DNA of 64,000 nucleotides from Anaerolineales bacterium. Lineage in GTDB: Bacteria; Chloroflexota; Anaerolineae; Anaerolineales; E44-bin32. Position numbers and translations under genes: made by a program. Positions 29,007 through 38,097 of this stretch are shown in pieces. Positions within the stretch are counted from its first letter, which is position 1; the number at the start of each line of letters is the position of its first letter. The stretch lies in contig JARGGH010000004.1 of assembly GCA_029210945.1 (NCBI GenBank), forward strand, positions 50,454 through 114,453. The letters run 5' to 3'. The notes beneath the pieces are model-generated. The model made no database searches. It was not told where the DNA came from and saw nothing but the letters and a program-made list of their open reading frames with translations.

Positions 29007-29438
29007 ATGGATGCCATAGAGCGCCTAATGCAAACAGCAGACCTAAAGATGACATTGTTTGAGGAAGCGACCAGCAGGGGCAGACCTGCGTTCTTCAATT
29101 ACAACGCAGATGTCGATATGCTGATGTTCCTAATCGTGGCACCTACTGAAGAATTTATCGCACACTACTTGGATGAACACGTTGCGCTGCTATATTTAGC
29201 CAAGTCCAATGAAGTTGTTGGTTTGCAGGTTGAAGCATTTGAAAAGAGTTTCTTGCCGAGATATTCTTCCTTGCAGAAAGCTTGGAGATTGAGTGACGCG
29301 TGTGATGAACTTGAAGATATGGGAGATTTGGCGATCGTTATTCAACAAAAGGAACCTGAGGTTGCCCAAGAGGTCATCCGCATCGCGCAAGGCATTCTGG
29401 GGTACTCACCAAACAATTTGCACGCAGTTCCTGCCTAA
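29007..29438 (+). CDS. hypothetical protein, DUF2283-like (candidate antitoxin partner)
   Basis: 143 aa, starting 1 nt after the upstream stop. The ...YNADVDMLMFLI...VVGLQVEAF pattern resembles DUF2283. Confidence 0.4.
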   Translation: MDAIERLMQTADLKMTLFEEATSRGRPAFFNYNADVDMLMFLIVAPTEEFIAHYLDEHVALLYLAKSNEVVGLQVEAFEKSFLPRYSSLQKAWRLSDACDELEDMGDLAIVIQQKEPEVAQEVIRIAQGILGYSPNNLHAVPA

Positions 29439-29469
29439 CATATATAATGTCTACACAGCTTGACGAGAC

Positions 29470-29505
29470 AACCGCCTGAGTTCCCACCAGGCGGTTTTGC
29501 TTTCT
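29470..29505 (+). terminator. rho-independent terminator after the DUF2283-like gene
   Basis: aaccgcctg-agttcccac-caggcggtt followed by TTGCTTTCT. Confidence 0.55.
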
Positions 29506-29558
29506 GTGATCAGCCCACTGGCAGAAGCCCAGCTGGAAAAACAGACTTGCCGCGATGA

Positions 29559-31160
29559 TTAACCGCTCACGATGCTCTCCGGCAGCCAGATGCCACGCTC
29601 CTCCAGCGCCCATGCCGGGTAACCTGTTTTATCCAGGAAGCGCGCCGCGTAGAGATCGGCGATCTTTGCATAAACTTCACCCGCTCCGTTGGCCAGATCC
29701 AGCAGGAGCAGCACCGTCGCGGCGTCGGCGAGCGAACGCAGCAGATCCTTGGCGCCCCACTGAACCTCCGCAGCTGACTTCTTCTCCAGATCCGATAGAC
29801 CCAGCTTGATGATTTCCAGGGCCCGTTTCCCCGTTGGGCTTCCTCCATGTTCTGAGAACGCGTCCAGGAACATCTCATGGGCACCCTTCTTCTGCATCGC
29901 CTCGAGCATGTCCAACGCCTGAATATTGCTGGTACCCTCCCAGATCGAGGTCACCAGCGCCTCACGGTGCAGGCGCGGCAGCGGGCACTCATCCATAAAG
30001 CCCAGGCCGCCAAACAGCTCCATCGCCAATTGGGTCACATACGCAGCGTGCTCTGCCGTGCGGTTCTTGATCAGGTGTGAGAAGAAACGGGCATAATGAT
30101 ATTCTGGAGTGTAAGGCGGCTGCGCCTTCCAGGCCCGATCGAACAGCAGGATCCCGTGGAACGCCAGCCCCAGGCTGCCCGTCGTGCGCACGGCGATATC
30201 GGTCAGGTCCTGACGCACGAGCGGGTGTTCGTGCAGCCGGACACCGAACGCCTCCCGCTGGTTGGAGCGCAGCACGGCCTCGAACTGCGCTTTGCGCGCC
30301 AGGCCGACCGCGCCGATCGCGTTGGCCAATCTCGAAACCGTCAGCGTTTCCAATGTGTAGTAGATGCCCCGCTCGGCCTGGCCGATGAGATAGCCCTCGC
30401 TGGCATGAAGCTCGACTTCTGCGGTAGGTACGGCCCGTGTGGCGCTCTTCAATTTAAGTCTGCGGATCAGGAAATTCAGGTTTCCCTGGCGGTCGAGTCG
30501 CGGCACCAGGTAGAGGGCCAACCCTTTCGGCCCTTCCGGGGCGCCTCGGGGTCGTGCTGTGACCAGCGCCGCGTCCGCCAACCCGGCGTTGCTGGCGAAA
30601 TATTTCTCGGTGCCCTGCAACCGCCAGAGATCGCCTTTACGCTCGGCGGTCGTTACGTTCGCCCCCAGATCGCTGCCTCCCTGCGTCTCGGTCATCCAGG
30701 TCGCCCCCCAGCGCTCCCCGCTTAAGAGCGGATCGATCCACTCGTGCAGTTCCGGTGCGTATTTGTGGAGGGCGTAGATCGTCTGGTTTGTGACGATCAA
30801 TGAGCAGTACAATCCGGGATCGGCGAGCAGGTACGCGTAGGCAAAATGTTCTTGCCAGGACCGACCCTCATACGGCGGCCGGTTGATGAAAGCCAGATCT
30901 TTCAGCAGCGAGGCATGCTCGGGGCACAGCTCGACGCGATCGACACGCTTCCCGTCCAGGTCATGCATGATCAACCTTGGATGCGTCTCTCGGTCGACAT
31001 GCGCGGCGACCTGGTAGGCGCGCCCGCCGCCGAGTCTCCCGACGGCGTGCAGGTTCTCATCCCAGTCTGCATTATCCGCCGAACTCCAGGCGAGCACAGC
31101 GCTCAGATCCGGATCGATCTGGAAGTGGTCTCTACCGTAGGCGTAAGATTCGTACTGCAT
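29559..31160 (-). CDS. acyl-CoA dehydrogenase family protein (AidB-like, with C-terminal extension)
   Basis: 533 aa with ACAD N-terminal, middle (WMTETQGGSDL) and C-terminal domains. Confidence 0.8.
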   Translation of the reverse strand: MQYESYAYGRDHFQIDPDLSAVLAWSSADNADWDENLHAVGRLGGGRAYQVAAHVDRETHPRLIMHDLDGKRVDRVELCPEHASLLKDLAFINRPPYEGRSWQEHFAYAYLLADPGLYCSLIVTNQTIYALHKYAPELHEWIDPLLSGERWGATWMTETQGGSDLGANVTTAERKGDLWRLQGTEKYFASNAGLADAALVTARPRGAPEGPKGLALYLVPRLDRQGNLNFLIRRLKLKSATRAVPTAEVELHASEGYLIGQAERGIYYTLETLTVSRLANAIGAVGLARKAQFEAVLRSNQREAFGVRLHEHPLVRQDLTDIAVRTTGSLGLAFHGILLFDRAWKAQPPYTPEYHYARFFSHLIKNRTAEHAAYVTQLAMELFGGLGFMDECPLPRLHREALVTSIWEGTSNIQALDMLEAMQKKGAHEMFLDAFSEHGGSPTGKRALEIIKLGLSDLEKKSAAEVQWGAKDLLRSLADAATVLLLLDLANGAGEVYAKIADLYAARFLDKTGYPAWALEERGIWLPESIVSG

Positions 31161-31202
31161 GGCTTTCTCCTGCGTCGATTCCCAAGCGGTTGATTAATTG
31201 AA

Positions 31203-31235
31203 CGCACAAAATCGCCCCGCATCGGATACGGGGCG
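31203..31235 (-). terminator. hairpin terminator downstream of the roadblock/LC7 gene
   Basis: cgccccg-catcggata-cggggcg; the minus-strand read is followed by ATTTTGTG. Confidence 0.4.
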
Positions 31236-31244
31236 ACGGGTGTT

Positions 31245-31634
31245 TTATGCCGAAAAACGCATCTTCAATGTCTTCAGGATCTCCGGGACCTTCTCGCTGA
31301 GCGGACCGAAGATCTGGTGTGTTTGAACATGGGGTTTGAAGCCGAGCGAGAGGGTGCGTTCGCTATCCATCGCGACGGCGATCAACTGGCGTTTCGAACC
31401 GGCCACCGCCGCAAATCGAAAACTGCCGCCGTCTACCTCCCCCGTCACGCGCTGTGCGGCGGCCGTTGTCGTCACGGTCATCGCCGCGATCTGATCGGTT
31501 GAGATCACGGGTGCGTCAGGTACGCAGGCGATCAGGAGGCCATCATTGTCGATGATCGCCGCCCAGATCGGTTCCGGCAAATCCACGGCCAATCCAGAAA
31601 GCAGTCTCTCCAGTTCAGATTCTCGCGTGACCAT
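31245..31634 (-). CDS. roadblock/LC7 (MglB-like) domain protein
   Basis: 129-aa alpha-beta sandwich pattern (AIIDNDGLLIACV...). Confidence 0.6.
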   Translation of the reverse strand: MVTRESELERLLSGLAVDLPEPIWAAIIDNDGLLIACVPDAPVISTDQIAAMTVTTTAAAQRVTGEVDGGSFRFAAVAGSKRQLIAVAMDSERTLSLGFKPHVQTHQIFGPLSEKVPEILKTLKMRFSA

Positions 31635-31809
31635 TGAGTGACCTCATTCGCAGCTAGACCAGCATAGATCTAGCGTATCCTTCTTCCTCCGGCATGGCAA
31701 GGGCCGCTTCGTCGATCACGGCGGACCGGAGCGATGGGCGGAGGTTTCTGGATGTGCGCGCAGCGATCACGTTTGGCTGTGTTTCTTTCTTGGGATACAA
31801 TCGCGGGCG

Positions 31810-33339
31810 ATGGAACGAGTCCCATATTCACGACGAACTGGATTCATCGCTCTCGCCGGCCTCACAATCTGCGCCGGCCTGTACGCGTTTCTTTTTTCCA
31901 GAACCGGACAATCCACCCTGCAAGGGCCGTTCTTCACATTGGTCTGGGTCCTCTCTGTAGCCGCCCTGTTAGGGTTGCTGGCGCTCAGCCTGGAAATCCT
32001 GCGTTTCGGCGCCCCGTCAACGGGTCAATGGCTGGGTATGATCAGCCGGTTCGTAGTGCTCGCCGCATGGCTCTCGTCTCACCTGGTCTTCCTCAGCAGC
32101 CCTGAAGAAAACTGGCTCTACCGCAATATCCTCACCGATCTGGATCTAGGCTTGTTGATGACGCTCACGATGATCGGGATCACCGCACAATTTGTGCTCC
32201 CGGTCGAGACGATCGGGGACCGTCTGGCGGCCATCCGGCGTCTGCTCGGGCACGCCCTCGGGGAGCGCGGGCCGGTCATGTACATTCATGAAGGCCGTGC
32301 AATCGAAGCGCATGGGGAGAGTGAGCGCGCCGGACCGGGGGTATTCCTCGTGGACCAAGCCAGCGCCGTCGTTTTCCGCACTGACACAGCCTTTACACGG
32401 GCGGCGGGCCCCGGGGTCATCTTCACGAAACCAGGGGAGCGACTGGCGGAAGCGCTCGACCTTCGCCGGCAGGAGAGACGGATCTCCCCGGGTGCGCTGC
32501 TTCCGGACGATGAAAATGGCAGCGAGGGCCGGCTCAACCGCTCCCGGGCGATCACCCGCGATGGCATCCCGGTCAGCGCGGAGATCACCGTGGAATTCAT
32601 GCTGGATCCCGGTCATGAAGCCGAGCCGCGCGAAGGCCGCAACCCGGAAAAGCCGCCTTTCGAGTTCCACCGCGAATCCGTTGAAAGGGCAGTATACGGG
32701 CACGTCTTCAGCGAATTCGAGGATGTCCCCTGGGCTGAACTCCCCCTTCGAATGGTCGTCGATCTGTGGCGCGAAGAGGTGAAACGCTGGAACCTCGACG
32801 ACTTGCTTGAGCATGACGGCCGCCGGAGCGCGTTGGAACAGATCCAGGCGACCATCCTCGGGAAAATCCTGACAGGCAGTGAGCCGGCCGGATCTGGCGA
32901 AGGAGAACAAACCACGGGCCGGGAGGCGGCCATCCTGCAATCACGCGGCATCCGGGTCCTGGATGTCCATCTGCGCAATTTGCGTGTCCCGCCGGAAATC
33001 CAGGCTGAACGGCAGCTGCAGTGGCGTGAACGCTGGTCCGGCGCAGTACAGGATGCCCTCAACGATGCCAGTGAGGAGGTTGAGCGTTACCGCCGACGAG
33101 GCAACCAGGAAGCCAACCAGCTCCTGCTGCAAAAACTGACCGCTTCACTCAGCGACCTGCTTGAAGCCGGCCAGCGCCCGACACGCCGCGACACATTGAA
33201 TGTCCTTCTCGCCGACGCCATCCGCTTGCTCAACGATGATGACCTCAATCCAGAGGCCCGCAGACTGGCTTCCAGGCTTCAGTTGATCGTCGACACATTA
33301 AGCAGCATGGATGCAAACTGCCAGGAGCTTGAACGGTAA
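31810..33339 (+). CDS. membrane protein with 4 N-terminal TM helices and an SPFH/band-7-like domain (paralog 1)
   Basis: The SPFH beta region (GPGVFLVDQASAVVF...GPGVIFTKPGE...VSAEITVEFML) and the helical segment ...SRGIRVLDVHLRNLRVPPEIQAERQLQWRE match the stomatin/flotillin pattern. A long C-terminal coiled-coil follows. Confidence 0.6.
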   Translation: MERVPYSRRTGFIALAGLTICAGLYAFLFSRTGQSTLQGPFFTLVWVLSVAALLGLLALSLEILRFGAPSTGQWLGMISRFVVLAAWLSSHLVFLSSPEENWLYRNILTDLDLGLLMTLTMIGITAQFVLPVETIGDRLAAIRRLLGHALGERGPVMYIHEGRAIEAHGESERAGPGVFLVDQASAVVFRTDTAFTRAAGPGVIFTKPGERLAEALDLRRQERRISPGALLPDDENGSEGRLNRSRAITRDGIPVSAEITVEFMLDPGHEAEPREGRNPEKPPFEFHRESVERAVYGHVFSEFEDVPWAELPLRMVVDLWREEVKRWNLDDLLEHDGRRSALEQIQATILGKILTGSEPAGSGEGEQTTGREAAILQSRGIRVLDVHLRNLRVPPEIQAERQLQWRERWSGAVQDALNDASEEVERYRRRGNQEANQLLLQKLTASLSDLLEAGQRPTRRDTLNVLLADAIRLLNDDDLNPEARRLASRLQLIVDTLSSMDANCQELER

Positions 33340-33343
33340 CCTG

Positions 33344-34840
33344 ATGGAGAAATGGTCGCACGATCCTCTCGAAGATTTCATCCAATCACTCCGGCAAACT
33401 GCTCGGGATCTGATCCTGGGGCGTGATACGACCGCCGCGATCGTGCGTTTCCTCATCTGGGGCGCGTTGGTGGCATTCTACTGGCTGGCGCTCGTCGTGC
33501 GCTTCGATTTTCCAGGAGAACTCCCGGCCGCATGGGTTCAGGCTCTCCCCCCGGCGGTCTTTTTGCTCATGAACATCGTGGCGACGTTCTTCCACCCGGA
33601 CGTCTTGCTCCACCTGCTGCCAGTCCTCGCCGGGTCTCTCGCGGGTTTGTTCCTGGGTGGAATTTACATCAGTGACCTCTTCGAGCTCGAATCGATCTGG
33701 ATTGGCATGAAGTATTTACTGGGCGCCCTCTTCGGTTTGAGCTACCCGCGCCTGAAAATCGATCGGGGAGACGTCGAAACGCTGCACCCCTCCAACCCGA
33801 TTAAACGCATTGGAGGCCCTGGCTACATTCAGACCCATCTCGGATACGCGGCCGTCTTCGAGGACCGTGACGGTAAGCCGCGTGTCTACGCCCTCTCTGG
33901 GGTCGGGGATCCAACGCCAGCTGAGGGCGAAGATGAAAGCCGTCAGCGTGGACGGAAGCAATCAACCTACTTCATCGAAGGGTTCGAGCAGCTGCGGGAT
34001 GTGATCGATCTGCGCGACCGCCTGGTCCAGGTCAACGAAATCCCGGCCGAAACCCGGGATGGCGTGGAGGTGATCGCCCGGGATGCCCAGATGCTCTTCC
34101 GGGTTTTCACGGATGTCGAGCAGCGCAGCCTGGATGATCCCTATCCCTTCAGCGAGGAGAGCCTGCGCCGGCTGGTTTATGGCCGCGCCGTCACCCGTTC
34201 CGGACTGCCTGCGCCGGAGGAAGTCCTGACGCGTATCCTCGAGCAAGAAGTCCAATCATTCGTGTCCCGCTATACGCTGGAGGACTTTCTGGCGATGCAG
34301 CCCTACGGTGAAGAACGAGACTCATCGAGCGCTCAAAGCCAGCCGGGGCGGACACCGGTCGAGCAGCAGTTCCAGATCACCCGCCGTGAGCTTACCGAGC
34401 GCTTTCACACCGCTGAACTCATAGGGCGGTTGAAGGACCGCGGTCTGGCGTTAGCCTGGGTAGGTGTCGGAGCCTGGGAAATCGGCGCGCCCGGGACGGC
34501 GCGGCCGGAAGCCTACGTTGGTCCCGAGCAAACTCTCTTAGAGACATGGCGCAATTATCAAAGGCTGCAGCTTTACCGATCGCCCGCGTTCCTGCAGCGG
34601 CAGCGCACCACCCGCTTTCAAGAACGCATCACGGAAATACCGCGTGCATGGGTACAGGTCTGGCAATCGGGCGATCTCCCCAGAGAACACCGCTGCTACG
34701 AATTGCTGACGCTGCTCCTTCGCCAGTTGAACTCATTGAGACACTCGGAGACCCCGTTCGCCTCCGAACACACCGAGACCCTCCGCCGCATCGAACAACA
34801 CCTGGAACGTCTCGTTCAGCCGGATATCCTCGGAGGTTGA
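33344..34840 (+). CDS. membrane SPFH/band-7-like protein (paralog 2)
   Basis: Same architecture: TMs, then GGPGYIQTHLGYAAVFE...DLRDRLVQVNEIPAETRDGVEVIARDAQMLFRV. The ATG at 33344 lies 5 nt after the paralog-1 stop; the track's longer ORF starts at 33311 and overlaps paralog 1. Confidence 0.6.
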   Translation: MEKWSHDPLEDFIQSLRQTARDLILGRDTTAAIVRFLIWGALVAFYWLALVVRFDFPGELPAAWVQALPPAVFLLMNIVATFFHPDVLLHLLPVLAGSLAGLFLGGIYISDLFELESIWIGMKYLLGALFGLSYPRLKIDRGDVETLHPSNPIKRIGGPGYIQTHLGYAAVFEDRDGKPRVYALSGVGDPTPAEGEDESRQRGRKQSTYFIEGFEQLRDVIDLRDRLVQVNEIPAETRDGVEVIARDAQMLFRVFTDVEQRSLDDPYPFSEESLRRLVYGRAVTRSGLPAPEEVLTRILEQEVQSFVSRYTLEDFLAMQPYGEERDSSSAQSQPGRTPVEQQFQITRRELTERFHTAELIGRLKDRGLALAWVGVGAWEIGAPGTARPEAYVGPEQTLLETWRNYQRLQLYRSPAFLQRQRTTRFQERITEIPRAWVQVWQSGDLPREHRCYELLTLLLRQLNSLRHSETPFASEHTETLRRIEQHLERLVQPDILGG

Positions 34841-35790
34841 TGCGCATGACTGAGTTCGAACCGCGCCAGGGACCATTTCTGGTAATTGGGTCCTCTGGTC
34901 TGGACGTGGTTGTGCGCGCCCGCAAAGATCTGCGCAGCGGCACGTCCAATCCGGGCATCTTCCGGGTCTCTCCGGGCGGCGTAGCGCGCAATGTCGCCGA
35001 AAACCTGGCCCGCCTGGGCGAGGAAGTGATCCTCCTTACCGCCATCGGCGAGGATGACCAGGGCGACCAGATCCTCGATCACACACGGGCTTGCGGTGTC
35101 GATGTCTCCCATGTAATCCGCACGCCGGACCACCCCACCGGCAGCTATCTGGCGATCCTGGATGGGCGCGGAAATTTACATCTCGGCATGGATGACATGG
35201 GCATCATCTCGAGAGTCCGCCCGGAGGATATTAAAGCTGAGGGAGAATTGTTCGATGCCGCAGCTGCGGTTTTCGTCGACGCGAACCTGGCAGAGGACAC
35301 ACTGCAGGCTGTGATCGACCTGGCCCACGAGAAAGAAATACCGGTCGCGGCAGATCCCACCTCCGCAAACCTGGCGCCGGTATTCTGTAATTTCCTGGAC
35401 CGGCTCTGGTTGGTCGTCCCCAATGAAAGCGAAGCAGAGATGCTCTGCCCCCATCCGGTTTCACACGCCGATCGAGACCAGGCGATCGATGCCGCCCGCT
35501 ATCTGGTCTCGAAAGGTGTCGGGATCGCGATCGTCACGATGGCCGAATTTGGAGTGGGTTATGCAAGCGCCGACGGCAGCGGTCATGTCCCGGCGCTTAA
35601 AACCGAGGTGATCGATCCCACCGGCGCAGGTGATGCTTTTACGGCGGCGGTAATTTTCGCCCTGCACAACGAGATCCCGCTGGATGAGGCCGTGCTGCTG
35701 GGGGTCTCAGCGGCCTCGCTTACACTGCGTTCGCCCGGCACGGTTGCATCCGATCTTTCCTTGGAACGCCTCTATGACGCGCTGCCGTAA
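34840..35790 (+). CDS. psuK: PfkB-family sugar kinase, likely pseudouridine kinase
   Basis: Ribokinase-fold motifs (GGVARNVA...DPTGAGDAFTAAVIFAL). The ATG overlaps the paralog-2 stop (TGATG). Immediately upstream of psuG. Confidence 0.65.
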   Translation: MRMTEFEPRQGPFLVIGSSGLDVVVRARKDLRSGTSNPGIFRVSPGGVARNVAENLARLGEEVILLTAIGEDDQGDQILDHTRACGVDVSHVIRTPDHPTGSYLAILDGRGNLHLGMDDMGIISRVRPEDIKAEGELFDAAAAVFVDANLAEDTLQAVIDLAHEKEIPVAADPTSANLAPVFCNFLDRLWLVVPNESEAEMLCPHPVSHADRDQAIDAARYLVSKGVGIAIVTMAEFGVGYASADGSGHVPALKTEVIDPTGAGDAFTAAVIFALHNEIPLDEAVLLGVSAASLTLRSPGTVASDLSLERLYDALP

Positions 35791-35841
35791 GTCACGATCC
35801 ACAGCCTTCGGCCTGACGTCAATCCGTCCTGGTCAGAGCAA

Positions 35842-36783
35842 GTGACAGGATCAAGCCTCATGCCGTCAAATAAGATCCGCTGGCTTGATCTGCACCCCCG
35901 GGTCGCCGGAGCCTTGCACGCCGAAGAACCGGTGGTCGCGCTGGAATCGACCGTCCTTACCCATGGCCTGCCCCGACCGATCAACCTCGAGTTGGCCCGG
36001 CGCGCCGAGGCTGAAATCCGGGCCGAACAGGCCGTCCCGGCGACCGTCGCCATTTACAAGGGTTCCGTGAAAGTCGGGTTGAACGATGTCGAACTCGAAC
36101 GCCTGGCATTAGAACCCGATGCGATCAAGGTCAGCCGGCGCGATCTGGCCGTCGCGACCACCGGCGTGCGCAGCGGAGGCACGACCGTCGCGGCGACGAT
36201 GTACATCGCGGGCGCGGCCGGGATCCGGGTCTTTGCCACCGGCGGGATTGGCGGCGTGCATCGCGGCGATAGCGGGGACATCTCTGCCGACCTGCCGGAA
36301 CTGCGTCAGACTCCGGTGGCGGTTGTGTGCGCTGGAGCGAAATCGATCCTCGATCTTCCGCGCACGCTGGAATGGCTGGAGACCGGCGGCATCCCGGTGC
36401 TTGGCTGGCAAACGGACACCTTTCCGGCGTTCTTCTCGCGCAGCAGCGGGCTGCCCATCCACACGCGCGTGGACACCGTCGGCGAAGCGGCTGCGATTAT
36501 CCTGCGGCACTGGCAGCTCGGGCTGCAATCGGGTGTTCTGCTCTGCGTGCCCTGCCCGGAGGAGACGTCCATCCCATTTAAAGAAGCGGAAGCGGCCATT
36601 CAAGAGGCGGAAGAAGAGGCGCAGCGGAGGTCCATCCGGGGAAAGACGCTGACGCCGTTTCTGCTGGATTACCTCGCCGAGAAGACAGGAGGGGCCACCC
36701 TGCAGTCCAATCTGGCACTGCTGCGGCAGAATGCCCGCATCGCCGCGCACCTGGCGAACGCGATCAAAATCCAGAGCCGATAA
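35842..36783 (+). CDS. psuG: pseudouridine-5'-phosphate glycosidase (IndA family)
   Basis: Conserved ALESTVLTHGLP...GGTTVAATM...FATGGIGGVHRG motifs. Confidence 0.85.
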   Translation: MTGSSLMPSNKIRWLDLHPRVAGALHAEEPVVALESTVLTHGLPRPINLELARRAEAEIRAEQAVPATVAIYKGSVKVGLNDVELERLALEPDAIKVSRRDLAVATTGVRSGGTTVAATMYIAGAAGIRVFATGGIGGVHRGDSGDISADLPELRQTPVAVVCAGAKSILDLPRTLEWLETGGIPVLGWQTDTFPAFFSRSSGLPIHTRVDTVGEAAAIILRHWQLGLQSGVLLCVPCPEETSIPFKEAEAAIQEAEEEAQRRSIRGKTLTPFLLDYLAEKTGGATLQSNLALLRQNARIAAHLANAIKIQSR

Positions 36784-36942
36784 GTGCAAGCACAGGAATC
36801 AGAACCCCGTTCATAGTCATGTAGTGATTTTCCTGTCGTAGGAGATACCGGCAGCTTACCTCTTATTTCAACCTTCAAAGTCGTTCATTTGAGTCGAATT
36901 TACGGCAGACATATAGACGGGGTCTGCAGGGGAATTTGACAC

Positions 36943-36973
36943 TTGACAAGTGTACGCCATTGGCGTACACTTG
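36943..36973 (+). promoter_or_regulatory. TA-operon promoter (TTGACA-17-TACACT) overlapped by a 27-bp perfect palindrome (13-bp arms); probable HigA-type operator
   Basis: The palindrome caagtgtacgcca-t-tggcgtacacttg at 36947-36973. -35 TTGACA at 36943-36948 and -10 at 36966-36971. Confidence 0.55.
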
Positions 36974-37003
36974 TGTGGAGTAGAGAGAATCGGGCATCCC
37001 GCC

Positions 37004-37321
37004 GTGGTCATAATCGAGACATCCATTTTCACCAGGCAAGTGGAGAACTTATTACAGGACGAGGAGTATCGCAAGCTTCAAGCGGCATTGATAGGTAAGC
37101 CGGACCTTGGCCAGCTTATTAAGGGCAGCGGCGGACTACGGAAAGTGCGATGGGGATTACCCGGACGAGGAAAGAGCGGAGGAGTGAGAGTAATCTACTA
37201 CTGGGTAGTCGACGAGGACCAACTGTTCATGCTATTTATGTACATAAAATCTGAACAAGAAGACTTAGCTCCGGCGCAGATGAAGGTTTTGAAGAAGATC
37301 GTAAAGGATGAGTTTAAATGA
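37004..37321 (+). CDS. higB: type II toxin, HigB-2-like (RelE/ParE superfamily, PF09907-like)
   Basis: ...GGLRKVRWGLPGRGKSGGVRVIYYWVVDEDQLFMLFMYIKSEQEDL matches the HigB-2 pattern. The start is set to the GTG at 37004 because the track ORF (36950) would begin inside the promoter/operator. Confidence 0.65.
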   Translation: MVIIETSIFTRQVENLLQDEEYRKLQAALIGKPDLGQLIKGSGGLRKVRWGLPGRGKSGGVRVIYYWVVDEDQLFMLFMYIKSEQEDLAPAQMKVLKKIVKDEFK

Positions 37322-37635
37322 AGGTTGAAATGTTTGACGAACTTGTGGAAAGCATTCGAGAGGCTGGGGCGATTCGCCGAGGGCAACGATCTCCATCTCG
37401 AGCGTTTGTTGTCGACAGTGCTAGCATTCGGCAAATTCGTTCAATTTACGACCTAACGCAGAAGCAGTTTGCGGCCATGTTAGGGATTAGTGTTGGAACT
37501 CTTCGCAATTGGGAACAAGGCCGCCGCACTCCAGAGGGACCCGCTCGAGTTCTTCTACAGATTGCAGCGAGCCACCCCGAAGCAATTTTGGATGTTGTCC
37601 GACCCATCAAAGAAGGCGAATCAGTCCCTGGTTAG
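37318..37635 (+). CDS. higA: HTH (XRE-family) antitoxin, HigA-2-like
   Basis: HTH LTQKQFAAMLGISVGTLRNWEQGRRTP. It overlaps the toxin stop by 4 nt. Confidence 0.65.
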   Translation: MKVEMFDELVESIREAGAIRRGQRSPSRAFVVDSASIRQIRSIYDLTQKQFAAMLGISVGTLRNWEQGRRTPEGPARVLLQIAASHPEAILDVVRPIKEGESVPG

Positions 37636-38097
37636 ATTCGAGCAACACGGATAAATACGTTAAGTAGGGTTACCTAAGCATTGCTAAAGCGGAATTACCA
37701 AGTTGAAGGATCCAAGAATGAGCCTGGTGGTTAGACGCCAGGCTTAATCATTAATAAGCAGAAGTGGTGTCACTTTGTATGAAAACACTAAGTAGAGAAA
37801 ATCAATCCTATCTCAAACAACAATTTCCGTGTTAAGTTGCCGTTGGTCATTGATTGGTACGATAGAGGCAGCCAAGGATGCTTCGGATCCATAAACTTGA
37901 AATAGCAATACACAGGGCAGGTAGCAGTATTACTCTCTAGCTCAATGCTGGCAAGGGGTTTGACCGATTAACCGACAGAACCAGAAATGCGCTCATCCCG
38001 CGGATCGCCGCGGGTGTGACTCTAATGATCCACACCCTTGGCCATCAGTGACCGTGGATTCGAGGTTGCTACAGTGGCTTCGCTGCTGCGGGTCGAG

